This document shows positions 13,511 through 27,035 of a DNA stretch of 64,000 nt, one piece after another. The translations under genes and the position numbers were made by a program. The notes under the pieces were generated by a model. That model saw only the letters and a list, made by a program, of their open reading frames with translations. It was not told where the DNA came from and did not search any database. The DNA comes from Mobula birostris (lineage: Eukaryota): the NCBI RefSeq assembly GCF_030028105.1, contig NC_092379.1, positions 87,841,006 to 87,905,005 of the forward strand, in the 5' to 3' direction. Numbering within the stretch: the stretch's first letter is position 1; each line of letters opens with the position of its first letter.

Positions 13511-15014
13511 ATTTTGACATTCTTAATAGCTTAATGAGATCAGACAAAACATTTTAGATCAACATTGTAGGTAAGAATGTTAAGCAGGAAAGATCTTCTA
13601 CAAAAGATCATTAAAAATAAAGCTGCAATATGAAATAAAAATATTGGAAAGCTCAATTCCAAAAATTCACAGTTACAAAGGAACCCTAATTAATAAGTAA
13701 TCAAAATACAATAAAATTGTGGATTAATGTAAGTTTAGGAATGAAATCACAAAAGTTACATATCATTTTCAGAGAATTAATTTCAATATTTTCAAATGTT
13801 ATCAGTTTTCAGATAAAAAAGGACAGTGTACTTATTTTGACGAAATAGTTCTGAAGAGATACTGTGCTGACAAGACATGCCTCTTTGAAAGAGAGACACA
13901 GGACATGACCCAGGAGCTCAATTCAATATGTTGAATGTTCCTTGCCTTCCACAGATGTTGCTTAGCTGTCTAGTTACTCCACATGCATGGAAGTTGTAAT
14001 TGTTATATGTGAAGAATATTGGTAATTGGGCATTGAAATGCTGCAGAATTCTACATTATCAATGCAGTCCCTTGACAATCTAAGTTCATAGAACAGAGTT
14101 GACACAATGCTCAGATTTTCATGTTGCTCTTTAACTTCTCATGTTTCAAGCAGACCTATGTGTTTATATGTCATCAGCGTCATATCCAAAAACACCTCCA
14201 TTTTTTCTGTATGTTTGCGGACCATGCTCAACTCCACTTTTGGCCCTTCTATTGCCTTCAGATTGCCAGGCTGTTTATCTGATATCTAGCGCTAGAAAAG
14301 CGTTTCTTTCACCTAGCTTTTGGGAAGACTTAATCCATTAACATTAGCTGCTATCACAATCTTTTTATTCCCTACTTATAAAATCCAACAAATTGCACAC
14401 CCTTGGCATGATGTCTAATGCTACGACCTGTTTTGGGTGATGCTTTGATGCACCACACTGAACGTTGACGGAAATCAGCAGGTCAGGCAGCAGCTATGGA
14501 GTGTAATGGACAATCTACATTTTAGTTTGAAATACACCACCTGAACCCATACTTTCCTACCGTAACCTGAGATGCCACCTACCCGCATTGCTTGACTTCA
14601 ACTTCCCTCAACTTCCCTTAACTCCTGTTGCTGCTATCCTTAATTTAGCCATTATTATATCTATACTTGACTATTCCAATGCAGTTGTATTTACATTCCC
14701 AAGTCTGACTCTCTGAAAACTGGAAGTTACTGTATAGTTCCTCATTACCAGCAATTACATTTCTTAATCACTTATTGTTCTTTATAGATCCATAGAGTTT
14801 CAGCTCCCTCTTGCTACGCTTAATTTCCCTAAACCACTCATCTTCTTAGATTCTATTCTCCTGTGATGTTTGTGTATCTCTAATTGTAATTGATCCATTA
14901 CTGTAAGCTTCTGCCAAGGCTTTCTGGTCTAGAATTTGTACTTGCATTTTTACTCTCTTTAATCTTCCTCTCAAGAACCTGTTTCTTTTGGTTTTTTGCT
15001 TTTATGGCTACTTA

Positions 15015-15480
15015 GGAACAATGGGAAAAGATGTTTCCTCATGAGAAAAGCTGGCGCTGACTTCTCTGGAACAAGGGAGGTTGCAGGGAGACTTTAGTAG
15101 AGAGCTTCAAAATGTTGAGGGGCCTAGTAAATAGGTCTATTTTTTTTTTCCTTTCAGGGGAGTCATAAACTCTAGGACATGCCTTTAGAATAATTGATAT
15201 GGCAATTGAAGTGGATAAGAAAAAAATAAAAATCACACAACAAACAGTAAATAAAATTCACACAGCAAGTCCTCAGGTGGGGTGCTGTCTATAACATATT
15301 TGCTGAAATAGCAGTAGAAGCAAGAAATCTTGTTACTCTTAAGCACTGCTTGGATGGATTCTTGAAAAGGTATAACTTGGAAGCCTTAGATTTAGTGTTT
15401 GAATTTGGCTTAAGATTACTTAATTCATTTCTGACTCACGCAGACACAATGGACCTCTACTAGTACTGTAAATTTTCATA
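15015..15480 (+). mobile_element. Old CR1 3' fragment
   Basis: Degenerate gaggttgcagggagacttt...tctaggacatgcctttag CR1 3' motifs. Confidence 0.55.
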
Positions 15481-18242
15481 TAATTAAATGAAGTTTTACA
15501 ATTTTTAGTTATTATGTAACTTGAATACAGTTTTATAATATTCATATTAAGCATCTTGTTTTGATACTATGCTAAATAGATAATATACTTTATTGCAGAA
15601 ATAAAAGATGTGTCTATATTTTAAAATAACGTTCAAACTGATTAATGGAAACAAAGCACTCTGCCATCATTTAATTGGATGCAGAGCATGTAATTATTAT
15701 AGCATTTAAATAAGTAATGTCAGCTGTCATCAACATTGTAATATATTGAACAATCTGATAATTACTTTTATAGGCAGCAGTTGAAATCTTATTGAATAGA
15801 AAGTTATGAACAAAATTATTTCTGTTGACTGACTTCTGAACATTTAAATATTTGTTCCTGTTGTCTCTTATGCCTTTCCCTTACATTTACAAACCTACAT
15901 TATTAATCGTTGACCTCATAAGTCAATAATTAATCTGTAACTGTTATGTAAGACTCAGCATATTGGTTGCACAATTCATTTTACTGAGTGTAATTCTGGC
16001 AGTATTATTAAAAGGACATTGACCCATTTCCACATTGACACTTCATCCACACTATGACATTTGGAAATATCTGAAATTCAATAGGCTTTTAATACACACG
16101 ATTTCCTTGGTTCAGCAATTGAAAGCCCCATCTGTTTCCAAAAAAAAATTTACAACTGAAACATATATTTTAACAATGGAATGATTGGTATTTTACCTCA
16201 AGATAATCCAGTGTTACAATGTTTCAATTAAAAAATAATCAGAAAGGTTGTATAATATTAAAGTTTAATTTTCTTGTAGCAATTAAGAAATAAAAGGTAA
16301 AAATTAATTTTAAATGAAGTAGTGAAAGATGACTGCATTTGGAAACATATTTCTGCTCAATTTATGTGCATTTTTGTATGTCCTGCAGATAATAAGGAAT
16401 TATGAAGAAATCAATGAATATGTAAGATTTAATAACAGTTATTTAAAAGTTAAACATATCATTAAAGAGAAACAAGATACCAACAACCCCCCAAATAATC
16501 TGTGCTCTTTACTGATTAATTAATTAACTAAAATCTAATTAGAAGAAAAACTTTATTACAAATGTCAATGTTAATTGTATTCCTCCAAAAATGAAGTACT
16601 AAAAAAAATAAATGAGGTCAGGCTGATTTGAAGTATAATTAGCTAAGTACTAGATACTTTAAAAGCTGAGAGAAGTAAATTTGGAAGAACATGCCTATAT
16701 TTTGTATGATTCAAGGATCTAGCTATGAACAAATCAAACGTAAGTGGCTATAGCAGTTGGAGCAGTATTTTGCATGTAAGTACTATGCTGACAATTAGAA
16801 GAGTTGGTTCTAACATCTCTGAATTCAGTTACAGGCACCTGCTGTGCCAAATGCCATTTACATTTAGCAGGTCGTCATTTACTTGCTCAGAGAAGTACTG
16901 TATAGGATGCAGGGTGTAAATGACTATTAGTCTAACTGAAACACCTTGATTGGAGCCACGTCTGCAGCAGGAAATGTGAAAGCTGTACCTATGTTAGCAG
17001 AGCTGAGTGGTTGAATAGTAAAGGCAGTTAGTGGCAGTTTGTACACATCTCTATTTTAAAACACTTTAAATGTGTCCCATCACTTAATTATAGTTTTGTC
17101 TGCAAAGTTGTGATTGCAATATATTTAGTTTATTGTTCTTATCCTTTTCAAATTGAACTTTCTGCAGTTGACTGTTTTTGCCCGGGGCTATATATCTCTG
17201 TTCATAGCTATTTCAAACATCTGATATTTTGATTGCTGTTTTCTAGATGTTCCCCCATTGATCTTTGCACCATTGGCTCATTTCCCAGATTCACATCATT
17301 TCCATGGATCAGCGCCTCCTGGAGAATCCTCTGCAATTTAATTGGATTTTAGTTCAATAGTCTTCCCACTAATTGGCTGTGCATAGTTTTGTCCCAGTTG
17401 TACAATCATATATTTGTTGTTTCTTAATTCTGAACAGATACATTCCGTTTTTAATTGTGTATTTCACTTTTGCTTTACTGTAACTTGATCTAACTTTTCA
17501 TGTAAAACCTGATGCAGATGATGCATGGCATCTTTTACGCAGTTTAAAAATATGTCTGCAGGAACACGGTTGCTGATCATTGATGAAGAAATAGAGGAAC
17601 TCCGTTTATCACTACATATAAATCATGGGGCATTTAAAGGCTTAAGTTTGTGACCCATAAATGCAAACAAGTTATTACAGTGATATGCAATGTAATTCCT
17701 GATGTATCTAGTTGGCATATTTAGCTGAATATAAAATAATGCATGTTTTGCTTTGCCTCTGATACTGATGAGAGAGATGAATAACAGTAGAAATTAAAAT
17801 AGAGTTTGTGCTTTTACTTATAACATCTAGCCCTATACCTAACAATATTTGGAACATATCTAGTTATTGCATTATCTGAAGTGCATCCTATTATCTCCAT
17901 GGCAATAAACTTTTGTTCAATAAAAATGGCCATGTGAACTATTCTCATTGTTCAGCATTAAAGTATATAAGTAATGAGAATGCCATATTTTCCTTTCAGA
18001 ATGTCGTGTATATAGTCTTACTTGTTTTGAAATCTCATTGAAAGTTACCATTTTTATCTCCTTCTAGTATAGCAATGTAATAACATATGCACTATAACAA
18101 GAACAGAATTTCTGAACTTCATTCCGTTCTCTACAATGCTATCACATTCATGGGAAGCTTGAATTTTAATTTAATTTTTTTTAATTTAAAATGTTCACTG
18201 CATAAATTGTTTGGTGTTGCTTAGATTTATACTGCACATCTA

Positions 18243-19882
18243 TGCTCAGTGGCCACTTTATTTGGTAGCATCTAATATTTAATAAAGTGGCCACTGAGTG
18301 TATGTTTGCAGTCTTCGGCTGCTGCAGGATGATGATATTGGATTTGCTGATGATAATGTTCTCAACTCAAAGAAATACTTTATGTCCTATCCAATATACG
18401 TGCATAGCTACAGGTAGTCAATATAGGGAGGTTATAGTAGTATAACAACTTGCTCTTCGAAAACATCTTCACTTCCCTGTTTATCCTCCATAGTGAGTTC
18501 AGCTGCCAGCACCAACTATTTGAAAGATGCCCCCCCCGACAAAGGAGGAGGTACTTCCAGCTAACAAAGTAACTTAAAAATAGTTCTTTAGAAATACATG
18601 TCTAAATCCAGACAAAACCCTTAAACTTTTAAAACTCAGATCTTAAAAAACACAGGTGCAATTCCTATAAGCTAAAATGACATAATAACAATAGAGACAA
18701 ATGAATCATCTGTCGCAGAAATCCAACGCAGAGGAATAGACTCTTGTCACCCTGTCTTTCTATCATTCTTCTTGCTGCTCTTTAACCATTCCTACATATA
18801 TACTATTTTTCTGCTTCTTGGGTGATTTCACAAAATGAAGAAATATGATATTTCTACAAATATCCTTTATGCACATTCCAAAAGCCTCTTGGAGACAGAG
18901 TTCCTAGGTACCAATAATTAATGCTGTGATGCTGACTCTGTGAGCATAAAAACCTTCCAACTATTAACAGACCAGCTGTTTGATGTGCTAAGTGATAGTG
19001 TCAGTCTGATCTGCAAGCTTCCTTGAACTAAATAACTTGGCCAACTTTGTCTGGTTTGAAACAAGCAAAATCAAATAACTCATTGCCTTACACCACAACT
19101 TTTGAGATGTCAGTTCAGATGCTGTGACCCAACATCCTGCATTCTATAGACAGTGCACCTGTTTGCAAAGCCATTCTTTCAAATTGAAACTGACTATTAA
19201 TTGCTATTCACATTAAAAACTGAAGACTGGCTCCCATTTATGAGAAGGACCTACACAAATTATAATAATTTGAAGTTTATTTTATTCAAAAGCAAACCTT
19301 TGATCTCTAGCCATCAGCTGCTGTGTTTAGAAAGCTAAGCTTGGCAAAAAGAAAGAGCCCACCTGCCTTAGACAGGAACTATCTATCACAGTAGCCCAGC
19401 ACATGGAAGGTCAACATGTTGCACATTCAGAGATGCTTTTCTGTCCAACACTTTTGTAACACATGATTATTTCAGTTATTGCTGCTTTCCTGTCAGCTTG
19501 AAATAGACTGGCCATTCTCCATTGATGTCTTCCATCAACAATGCATCTTTGCCCACAGAAATGCTACTCGCTGGATGTTTTTCTTTCATTTTTCACACTA
19601 TTTTCTGTAAAGCTCTAGAAACTGGTGTATCTGAAAATCCCAGGAGATCAGCAGTTACTAGGGTACTCAAACCACAGTGTCTGACACCGACAATCACTCT
19701 ACGGTCAAAATCACTTAGAACACATTTCTTTCCCATTTTGATGTTTCATCTGAACAACAACCAAACCTCTTGACCATGTCTGCATGTTTTTGTGCATTGA
19801 GTTGCTGCTACATGATTAGCTGATTAGATATTTGCATTACCATGCAGGTGTACAGATGTACTAAGAAAGTGGCCACAGAGTG
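18243..19882 (-). mobile_element. Tc1/mariner deletion derivative, split by about 1.06 kb of other DNA (18328-19390)
   Basis: TIR ctcagtggccacttta at 18245 and aaagtggccacagagtg ending at 19882, with flanking TA; 19390-19880 is homologous to the copies at 48050 and 59289. Confidence 0.8.
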
Positions 19883-21009
19883 TATACTATATTGTAAAAT
19901 GTCATGACTTGCTAATTCTTGGTGGGATTGAATCTATACAACTTCTTCTGACGAAATGCACTAAGCTGAGGAAAGAAGAGCAGCAACGAAAACAACTATA
20001 ACTAAACAAAATTGACTAAATTGATTACTCAAATCTCTTAATACAGCTTTAGTAAGAATACCTGACAGTAAGAGATGATTGTCAAAAATGAATGTGTAGG
20101 AATAGCCATTTTATCTGAAGAGATAAGGTGTTCATAGTATGCCCCTGTATTCAGATACCCAAATTTTAATCGGAAATGTTACCACTTGGTTAAATCAAAT
20201 TATATCTGTACTTTGCCATGATTCATTTTAGAATAAGCAGTGTAGGAAGGAACTACTGCTGGAGCATCAAGAATTTGTTTACAAATTAAAATAAAGCAGA
20301 ATTTTGAGGGTAATAATCTCTGAACTATTGTCCAAGACATATACATGTTATCATGGAAGTAGGCACAGCAGTTAGAAAAAGCACTAGTGTGAGAAAGAAT
20401 ATTTTCTATTAAAGCAGTACCAGCACCTGGATTTGGAAGAGAAAGAGTTTTTATTAATGGAATGGGTTCCACGTGGACTGGGAAATGACTAGATGTCTGA
20501 GAGGAAAGATTAAGTAAGGAGTTAAATGGGAATCTGCAAAACATGTAACTAGCCTATGTATACACTAAGTAGGACCGTTTGTATTGGAAATATTGGAATA
20601 AAAGAATAAAATGAGAGGAAATAAGGTTATAGAACAGGAATCTAAAATGATTAAGATATGTTATTTAAAATAAATTAAGATAGCTCACTTGAAATAAACT
20701 AAACTGCCTCGATAGCAAAGCATACATTGCCCATAATAATGCTGGAGACCTGGAAGCAGAAGTAGTTGGAAGGAGTCAGACATGGCCAGATTTGTTAATC
20801 TAGGTTACTGATTGTAGCTGAGTACAATTGCTCCAATATTAAATAGACTGAAGAGGTAAATAAAGAGAAAACATAGACAGAATAGAATTCCTCCTTAATT
20901 GAAAAGAAAGAATCCCATATTAGATCTGAAAATGGGGAATAAAGCAAAGCAGGGACAAACCTCTGACCTTAATAAACTCTAAAATTACAATAGTACAATT
21001 GTTCCATCA

Positions 21010-21600
21010 CTCAGAGCCATAAAACCATTGATGAATACAGCATATAAATAGGCTCTTGACCCTATTCATCCATGTTGACTAGGATGCCTATCTATGTAAG
21101 TCCCATTTGCTGAGTTTGGCCCACATCCCTCTAAATCTTTTCTATCCATATACTTATCAAATATCTTTTCAATGTCTTTACTGTAAGTGTCTCACATTCT
21201 TTTCTGGCAGCTCATTCCATGTACACACTCCCATCTGTGTGAAAATTCTGCCCGTGGTCACATTAAAATCTTTCCCCTCTCACCTTAACTTATATCCATT
21301 AGAATTTGGTTTCCTTTCACAGGGAAAAAGATTGTGTGCATTCATCCTATCTATGCCCTTCAAAAATTATCCACATGTATAAGGTCACCCCTCATTGTCC
21401 ACATTATCAGGAATAAAGTCTTACCCTCCTCAACCTCTCCCTGAATCTTGCCAACATCCCCATAAATCTTCTTTGCACTACATCCAACTGATGACATCTT
21501 TCCTATAACAACATGACCAGAAATATAAATAATACTCCATATAATATTATAAGCCCACCAACAGTTTGTACAACCATAACATAGTGGAGTGACTCAATAT
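21010..21600 (-). mobile_element. Old CR1 3' fragment
   Basis: Degenerate CR1 3' UTR and RT-end motifs (ataaggtcacccctc, catgaccagaa). Confidence 0.65.
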
Positions 21601-21665
21601 TATGAGGTGAATATGGTACTTCCTATCCCCAAAAATTTTGCCCGGTCACTTCTCTCAAAGATAAT

Positions 21666-21806
21666 CATGAAATCCACAGTTGAGTTCAAGTAACACACAT
21701 CAAAGTTGCTGGTGAACGCAGCAGGCCAGGCAACATCTCTAGGAAGAGATACAGTCGATGTTTCAGGCCGAGACCCTTCATCAGGACTAACTGAAAGAAG
21801 AGATAG
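21666..21806 (-). mobile_element. Short PLE pLTR insertion with hammerhead motif (21753-21788)
   Basis: Reverse complement agtcCTGATGAagggtctcggcctGAAAcatcgact; candidate TSD aaagataat at 21657-21665 and 21807-21815. Confidence 0.85.
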
Positions 21807-21819
21807 AAAGATAATGTTC

Positions 21820-23725
21820 TACTCATGCTAGTGTCTTTCCTGTCACACCATGGGTTCTTATCTTGTTAAAAAGGCTCATGTGTAATGCCTTATCAAAGGT
21901 CTTATGATAATCCAAATAAGCAGCATCTACTGACTCATCATTTTCCATCCTTCTTGTTATTTCCTCAAAGAATTCCAACCGATTAGTCAGGTAAGATTTC
22001 CCCTTGAGGAAACCATACTGACTTTGGCCTATTTTATCATGTTCCTCCAAGTACCCCAAAACCTCATCCTTAATGAAGGACTCCAACATCATTCCTAGCC
22101 ACTGAAATTAGGCTAAATGGCCTACAATTTCCTTTCTTCTGCCTCCCTTCCTTCTTAAAGAGTCGAGTCACATTTGCGGTTTTCCAGTTTTCCAGACCCA
22201 TTCCATAATCTAGTGATTCTTGAAAGATCACTACTCCTGCCTCCACAAACTCTTCAGTTACCTCTTTCAGACACTGGGTGTAGTCCATTTAGTCCAGTGT
22301 CATATTTACCTTCAGATCTTTCAGCTTCACAAGCACCACCTCCTCAGTAATACCAATTACGTTCACTTCTGCCCCCTAACACTCCCAAAATTCTGGGCAT
22401 ACTGCTTGTGTCTTCCACTTATTAAGTTTTAAGTCCTTAAGTACTTAACTTAGTAAGTACTTATTAAGTGTGTCCACCATTTTTTTGTCCCATATTACTA
22501 CCACGTCAGCATCATTTTCCAGTGGTCCAATATCCACGCTTGCCTTTCTTTTAATCGTTATATATCTGAAAAAAATCTTATGGTATCTCATTTTATATAA
22601 TTGGCTAACTTAAGTTCACATTTCATCTTTTGTCTCCTTATGGCTTTTTTAGTTATGTTCTGCTGGTTTTTAAAAGCTTCCCAATCCTTGAATTTACCAC
22701 AAATTTTTGCCAGATTATGTAGCCTCTCTTTTGCTTTTTTGCTGTCTTTGACTTTCCTTGACAGCCACGGTTGCCTCATCCTCCCTTTAGATTACTTCTT
22801 CATTTTTGGGATTTACCAATCCTGCACCTTCTGAACTGCTCCCAGAAACTCCAGTTATTGTTGCTCTGTCTTATCCCTGATAATGTCCCCTTCCAATCAA
22901 CCTTGGCAAGCTCCATTCTTGAGCCACTGTAATTTCCTTTACTCCACTGTAATACTGATTTATCTGGCTTTATAATAGCCCTCTCAAACTGCAGAGTGAA
23001 TTCTATCATATTATGATTACTGCATCATAATGTTCCTTTACCTTAAGATCCCTCATGACATGTGCTTTGTTATACAACGACCAATCCAGAATTTCCTTTC
23101 TCTTAGAGGGCTCAACCACTAGCTGCTCTAAAAAGTCATCTTGCAGGTGTTCTACAAATTCACTCTCCTTGGATCCAGCACCACCCTGATTTCCCTTAGT
23201 CTACCTGCATATTGAAATTCCCCATGATTATTGTAACATTGCCCTTAATACATGCTTTTTCTTTTCCCCATTGTAATTTCTCCTCCGCATCTTACCTACT
23301 GTTCAGAGGCCTGTCTCTAAATCCCATCAGGGTCTTTTTATCCTTTCAGTTTTGTAACACTAACCACATCTTCCAAGCCTATGTTACTTCTTTCTGAGGA
23401 TTTGATTTCATTGTTTTGCAACAGAGCCACCCCATCCCCTCTACCAACCAGACTATCCTTCTGATACAATGTGTGCCCTTAGATGTTAAGCTCCCAGCAG
23501 TGATCTTTTTTTCAGCTATGACTCAGTTATGTCCACAATGTCATCCCTGCCAATCTCTAAACGTGGTACAAGATCATCTACCTTATTCCATATACTGCAT
23601 GAATTCAAATATAACATCTTCAGTCCTGTATTCATCACTCTTTTCAACGTTCCTCCATGCTGCACTTCACCTTATCCAGCTGATAGCAATTTTGCTGTTA
23701 TCTACCTGTCCTTCCTCGCAATCTA
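21820..23725 (-). mobile_element. CR1 LINE ORF2 fragment
   Basis: ORFs 21823..22092 (SQYGFLKGKSYLTNRLEFFEE...YLDYHKTFDK), 22070..22288 and 22588..22779. Confidence 0.9.
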
Positions 23726-24143
23726 TTTGTCCTATCCTCAACTCAAGCACTACTTACATAACATATTAACAATCTACTTTAGAATTAAGAACACAATTTC
23801 TAAATGTGTGGATAATAATGCTAAATTTGAAATGGCAGGGAGGAAAGGAGTGCAGATTATTTTATACTGAGTGAGGTTGCAATGAATTTCAAGAGGACAT
23901 TGACAAACCTGCAGAGTATGCAGCTATCTGGGAGATGAGGTTTAATACAAACAAATGTGAGATAGCATGTACTGAAGGGAAGAATATGAAGGAAACTTAC
24001 AACATGAAGTTGTGAGGTTAGGGAGCCTAAAGAAGTAAATAAATACACCAAATACAAAAGGTTGTGGCATGTGATAGCACAATCAACAAGAAAGCAAACT
24101 GGGCACCAGGTCTTACTTTTAGATAGTCGAAACTGAAAAATGG

Positions 24144-24967
24144 TGTAATCCTTAGGTTCGCTGATGGCGTTAGTCTAGCCCTTACATACTGTTCAGGTCA
24201 AATTTGACCCGTTTTGACAGTTGACAGCAGTAAAAACACTCTAAATGTCATTTTTTAGCCAAAATTTGATAACTTTTATTAAAGTGACTCAAAATGTGCA
24301 AAAATAAAAATATTCTAAAATTTGATACTTTTGTACAGGTGCTACACATTTTTGTACACTGAGGCTGTTCCGGGTCAAATTTGACCTGTATCTATTGAAA
24401 TGGATATTAAATCTCTGAAATATTAATTAAGGATTAATCACCCATTTATTAATGCCGGATAGGCTATTTATACATTCTAAATAGATCTGTGGTTCAAAAT
24501 ATGGTATAGACACTGTTACAAATCAGTACCACAAAATAACAAACAGTACACCATAGGCAATTAAATGATTGAGTTTTATAATTCTTAATTTGACTATACG
24601 GTTAGCAAAGAAAAAAAAGGAAACAGGGTCCAATTTACTGAAACAGTCTAATGTGCACATTGGATCTCATGGTTTTCCCGTCAGTTCGTTCTCCATCGAT
24701 TTCCCCCGGGTGTCATCGACTCCCGACCCCATGCCAAGTCCACTCTGTCCTGCAGTCTACAACCTCTCCATTCTGGCATCTTCTCTCTCCATCTTCTGCC
24801 AAACAAAAGCCTGTGAATACCTGGCTCTCAGGCACACAAGAAAAAAAAAACACTCCCCTCATTGGATGCTGCAAATTCCGAAGCCCCCATCATCTCTAGT
24901 CATAACCCAAACGCAGCTGCTACAGAGAAATCATTACATTAGCAGTGAAATCTTCCCAGAGCATTAC
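24144..24967 (-). repeat. 3' LTR (interrupted at 24179-24512)
   Basis: tgtaatcc...gcattaca; aligns by eye with 25684-27707. Confidence 0.85.
24179..24512. mobile_element. Single end of a piggyBac-like DNA transposon
   Basis: Starts CCCTT directly after CTAG; palindromic ggtcaaatttgacc motif near 24196 and 24373; no second terminus found. Confidence 0.5.
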
Positions 24968-24979
24968 ACTCTCCCCCCA
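24968..24979 (-). other. Polypurine tract
   Basis: Minus strand gtggggggagag immediately before the TG of the 3' LTR. Confidence 0.8.
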
Positions 24980-25102
24980 CCAAATTTACTCATGTCCTCA
25001 TGACTTTGAGATAATTTGCCAACCCTTCCTGCAAAACACAAAGTCCAACTCAGGTGTAAAAAAACAGTGACATAGCTACCCAAAACAGTAGGAACCACTC
25101 GG

Positions 25103-25417
25103 TTACCCCGGTGCTACATATTGCAGCCTATCCAGTGGTTCCAGTGGTCTCCTGATTACATGAGACCTCCCTACCCCCTCATCTACCTCTTCATGTTCCG
25201 ACACTATTGGGGAAACTTCTGATTTACCTGGCAAGGCTCCCCCCGGCCTATCATTCCTGCCCACCTGCAACTCAGACAACTTACTCCTCCGAAACAATAA
25301 AACCCTGTCTTTGAAGTCTCCGCCCCCAGCTACAGGAAACTCAACTTGTGATTCGGCCCACTCTGCTGCCGTTACATCAGTGCTCGTCTGCAGTAAAATG
25401 GGGGCTGCATCCGCCAT
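25103..25417 (-). pseudogene. 104-aa gag-start/pol-end fusion ORF of the deleted LTR element
   Basis: Starts aaaATGGcg downstream of the PBS; ends GVGRSHVIRRP...DRLQYVAPG*, resembling the RRSxRxRxPPxRL tail of Gypsy integrases. Confidence 0.55.
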
Positions 25418-25661
25418 TTTATCAATCCTCCATCCTGCAGTCGTAATTTAGCCGACAACTTTAACAGTACTTAACAGGCAAATTAACAATTCACCCAGAG
25501 TACGAATATCTACCACACTCAACACACACAGATTAGTTACCGGTAACCCCCCGGATGAACACCACCACTCCACCCTGGCAGCATCCATACTAACACAAAC
25601 TTAAAGCACACAACCCACCAGTTCAAAGCTCAGGGCAATCACGCAGTATCCAATGAACTCA

Positions 25662-25679
25662 ATCCTGTCCGAGCCCCCA
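25662..25679 (-). other. Primer binding site, tRNA-Pro-like
   Basis: Minus strand tgggggctcggacaggat versus canonical TGGGGGCTCGTCCGGGAT (15/18), 4 nt from the CA of the 5' LTR. Confidence 0.75.
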
Positions 25680-26001
25680 CAGTTGTAACCCTCAAGTTTG
25701 CCCGGCGGCATTAAACTAGGGGAAGACAGTCTCTGGCCCTGCTAAACTTGTGAAATCTCATTTGTGTGGATGCTGTGTGATGTTTTCCCCTGTTACAAAT
25801 CAGTACCATGGAATAACAAACAGTATACCACAAGCAAAACGATTGAGCTTTATAATTCTTAATTTGACTACAGAGTTAGTAAAGAAAACAAAAAGAAAAA
25901 GAGAAACAACAGGAATTCTGCAGATGCTGGAAATTCAAGCAACACACATCAAAGTTGCTGATAAATGCAGCAGGCCAGGCAGCATCTCTAGGAAGAGGTG
26001 C

Positions 26002-26037
26002 AGTCGACGTTTCAGGCCGAGACCCTTCGTCAGGACT
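26002..26037 (-). ncRNA. Minimal type I hammerhead ribozyme (PLE-associated)
   Basis: Reverse complement agtc CTGACGA agg-gtctcgg-cct GAAA cgTC gact; stem I agtc/gact and palindromic ACGT stem III. Confidence 0.85.
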
Positions 26038-26336
26038 AACTGAAGGAAGAGTGAGTAAGGGATTTGAAAGTTGGAGGGGGAGGGGGAGATCCAAAATGAT
26101 AGGAGAAGACAGGAGGGGGAGGGATGGAGCCAAGAGCTGGACAGGTGATAGGCAAAAGGGATACGAGAGGATCATGGGACAGGAGGTCTGGGAAGAAAGA
26201 CAAGGAGGTGGGGGGGGGGACCCAGAGGATGGGCAAGGGGTATATTCAGAGGGACAGAGGGAGAAAAAGGAGAGTGAGAGAAAGAATGTGTGTATAAAAA
26301 TAAGTAACAGATGGGGTACGAGGGGGAGGTGGGGCA

Positions 26337-26663
26337 TTAGCGGAAGTTAGAGAAGTCGATGTTCATGCCATCAGGTTGGAGGCTACCCAGATGGAATATA
26401 AGGTGTTGTTCCTCCAACCTGAGTGTGGCTTCATCTTTACAGTAGAGGAGGCCGTGGATAGACATGTCAGAATGGGAATGGGATGTGGAATTAAAATGTG
26501 TGGCCACTGGGAGATCCTGCTTTCTCTGACGGACAGAGCGTAGATGTTCAGCAAAGCGGTCTCCCAGTCTGCGTCGGGTCTCGCCAATATATAAAAGGCC
26601 ACATCGGGAGCACTGGACGCAGTATATCACCCCAGCCGGCTCACAGGTGAAGTGTTGCCTCAC
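26337..26663 (-). pseudogene. PLE GIY-YIG endonuclease domain (open frame, 5'-truncated)
   Basis: GVIYCVQCSRCGLLYIGETRRRLGDRFAEHLRSV...LEEQHLIFHLGSLQPDGMN. Confidence 0.9.
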
Positions 26664-27035
26664 CTGGAAGGACTGTTTGGGGCCCTGAATGCCTCCAACC
26701 TGATGGCAAGAACATCAACTTCTCTAACTTACGCTAAGGCCCCACCTCCCCCTCGTACCCCATCTGTTACTTATTTTTATGCACACATTCTTTCTCTCAC
26801 TCTCCTTTTTCTCCCTCTGTCCCTCTGAATATACCTCTTGCCCATCCTCTGGGTCTCCCCCCCCCCACCCCGTCTTTCTTCCGAGACCTCCTGTCCCATG
26901 ATCCTCTCGTATCCCCTTTTGCCAATCACCTGTCCAGTTCTTGGCTCTATCCCTCCCCTCCTGTCTTCTCCTATCATTTTTGATCTCCCCCTCCCCCTCC
27001 AACTTTCAAATCCCTTACTCACTCTTCCTTCAGTT

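Noticed and set aside
14600-14960. Possible L2 LINE remnant (LDYSNA-like), also about 1300-1600
   Set aside because: Only one short motif; boundaries cannot be supported.
17247-17341. Possible terminal exon (..VPPLIFAPLAHFPDSHHFHGSAPPGESSAI*) after ttttctag
   Set aside because: No recognisable homology and no partner exon; such acceptors arise by chance.
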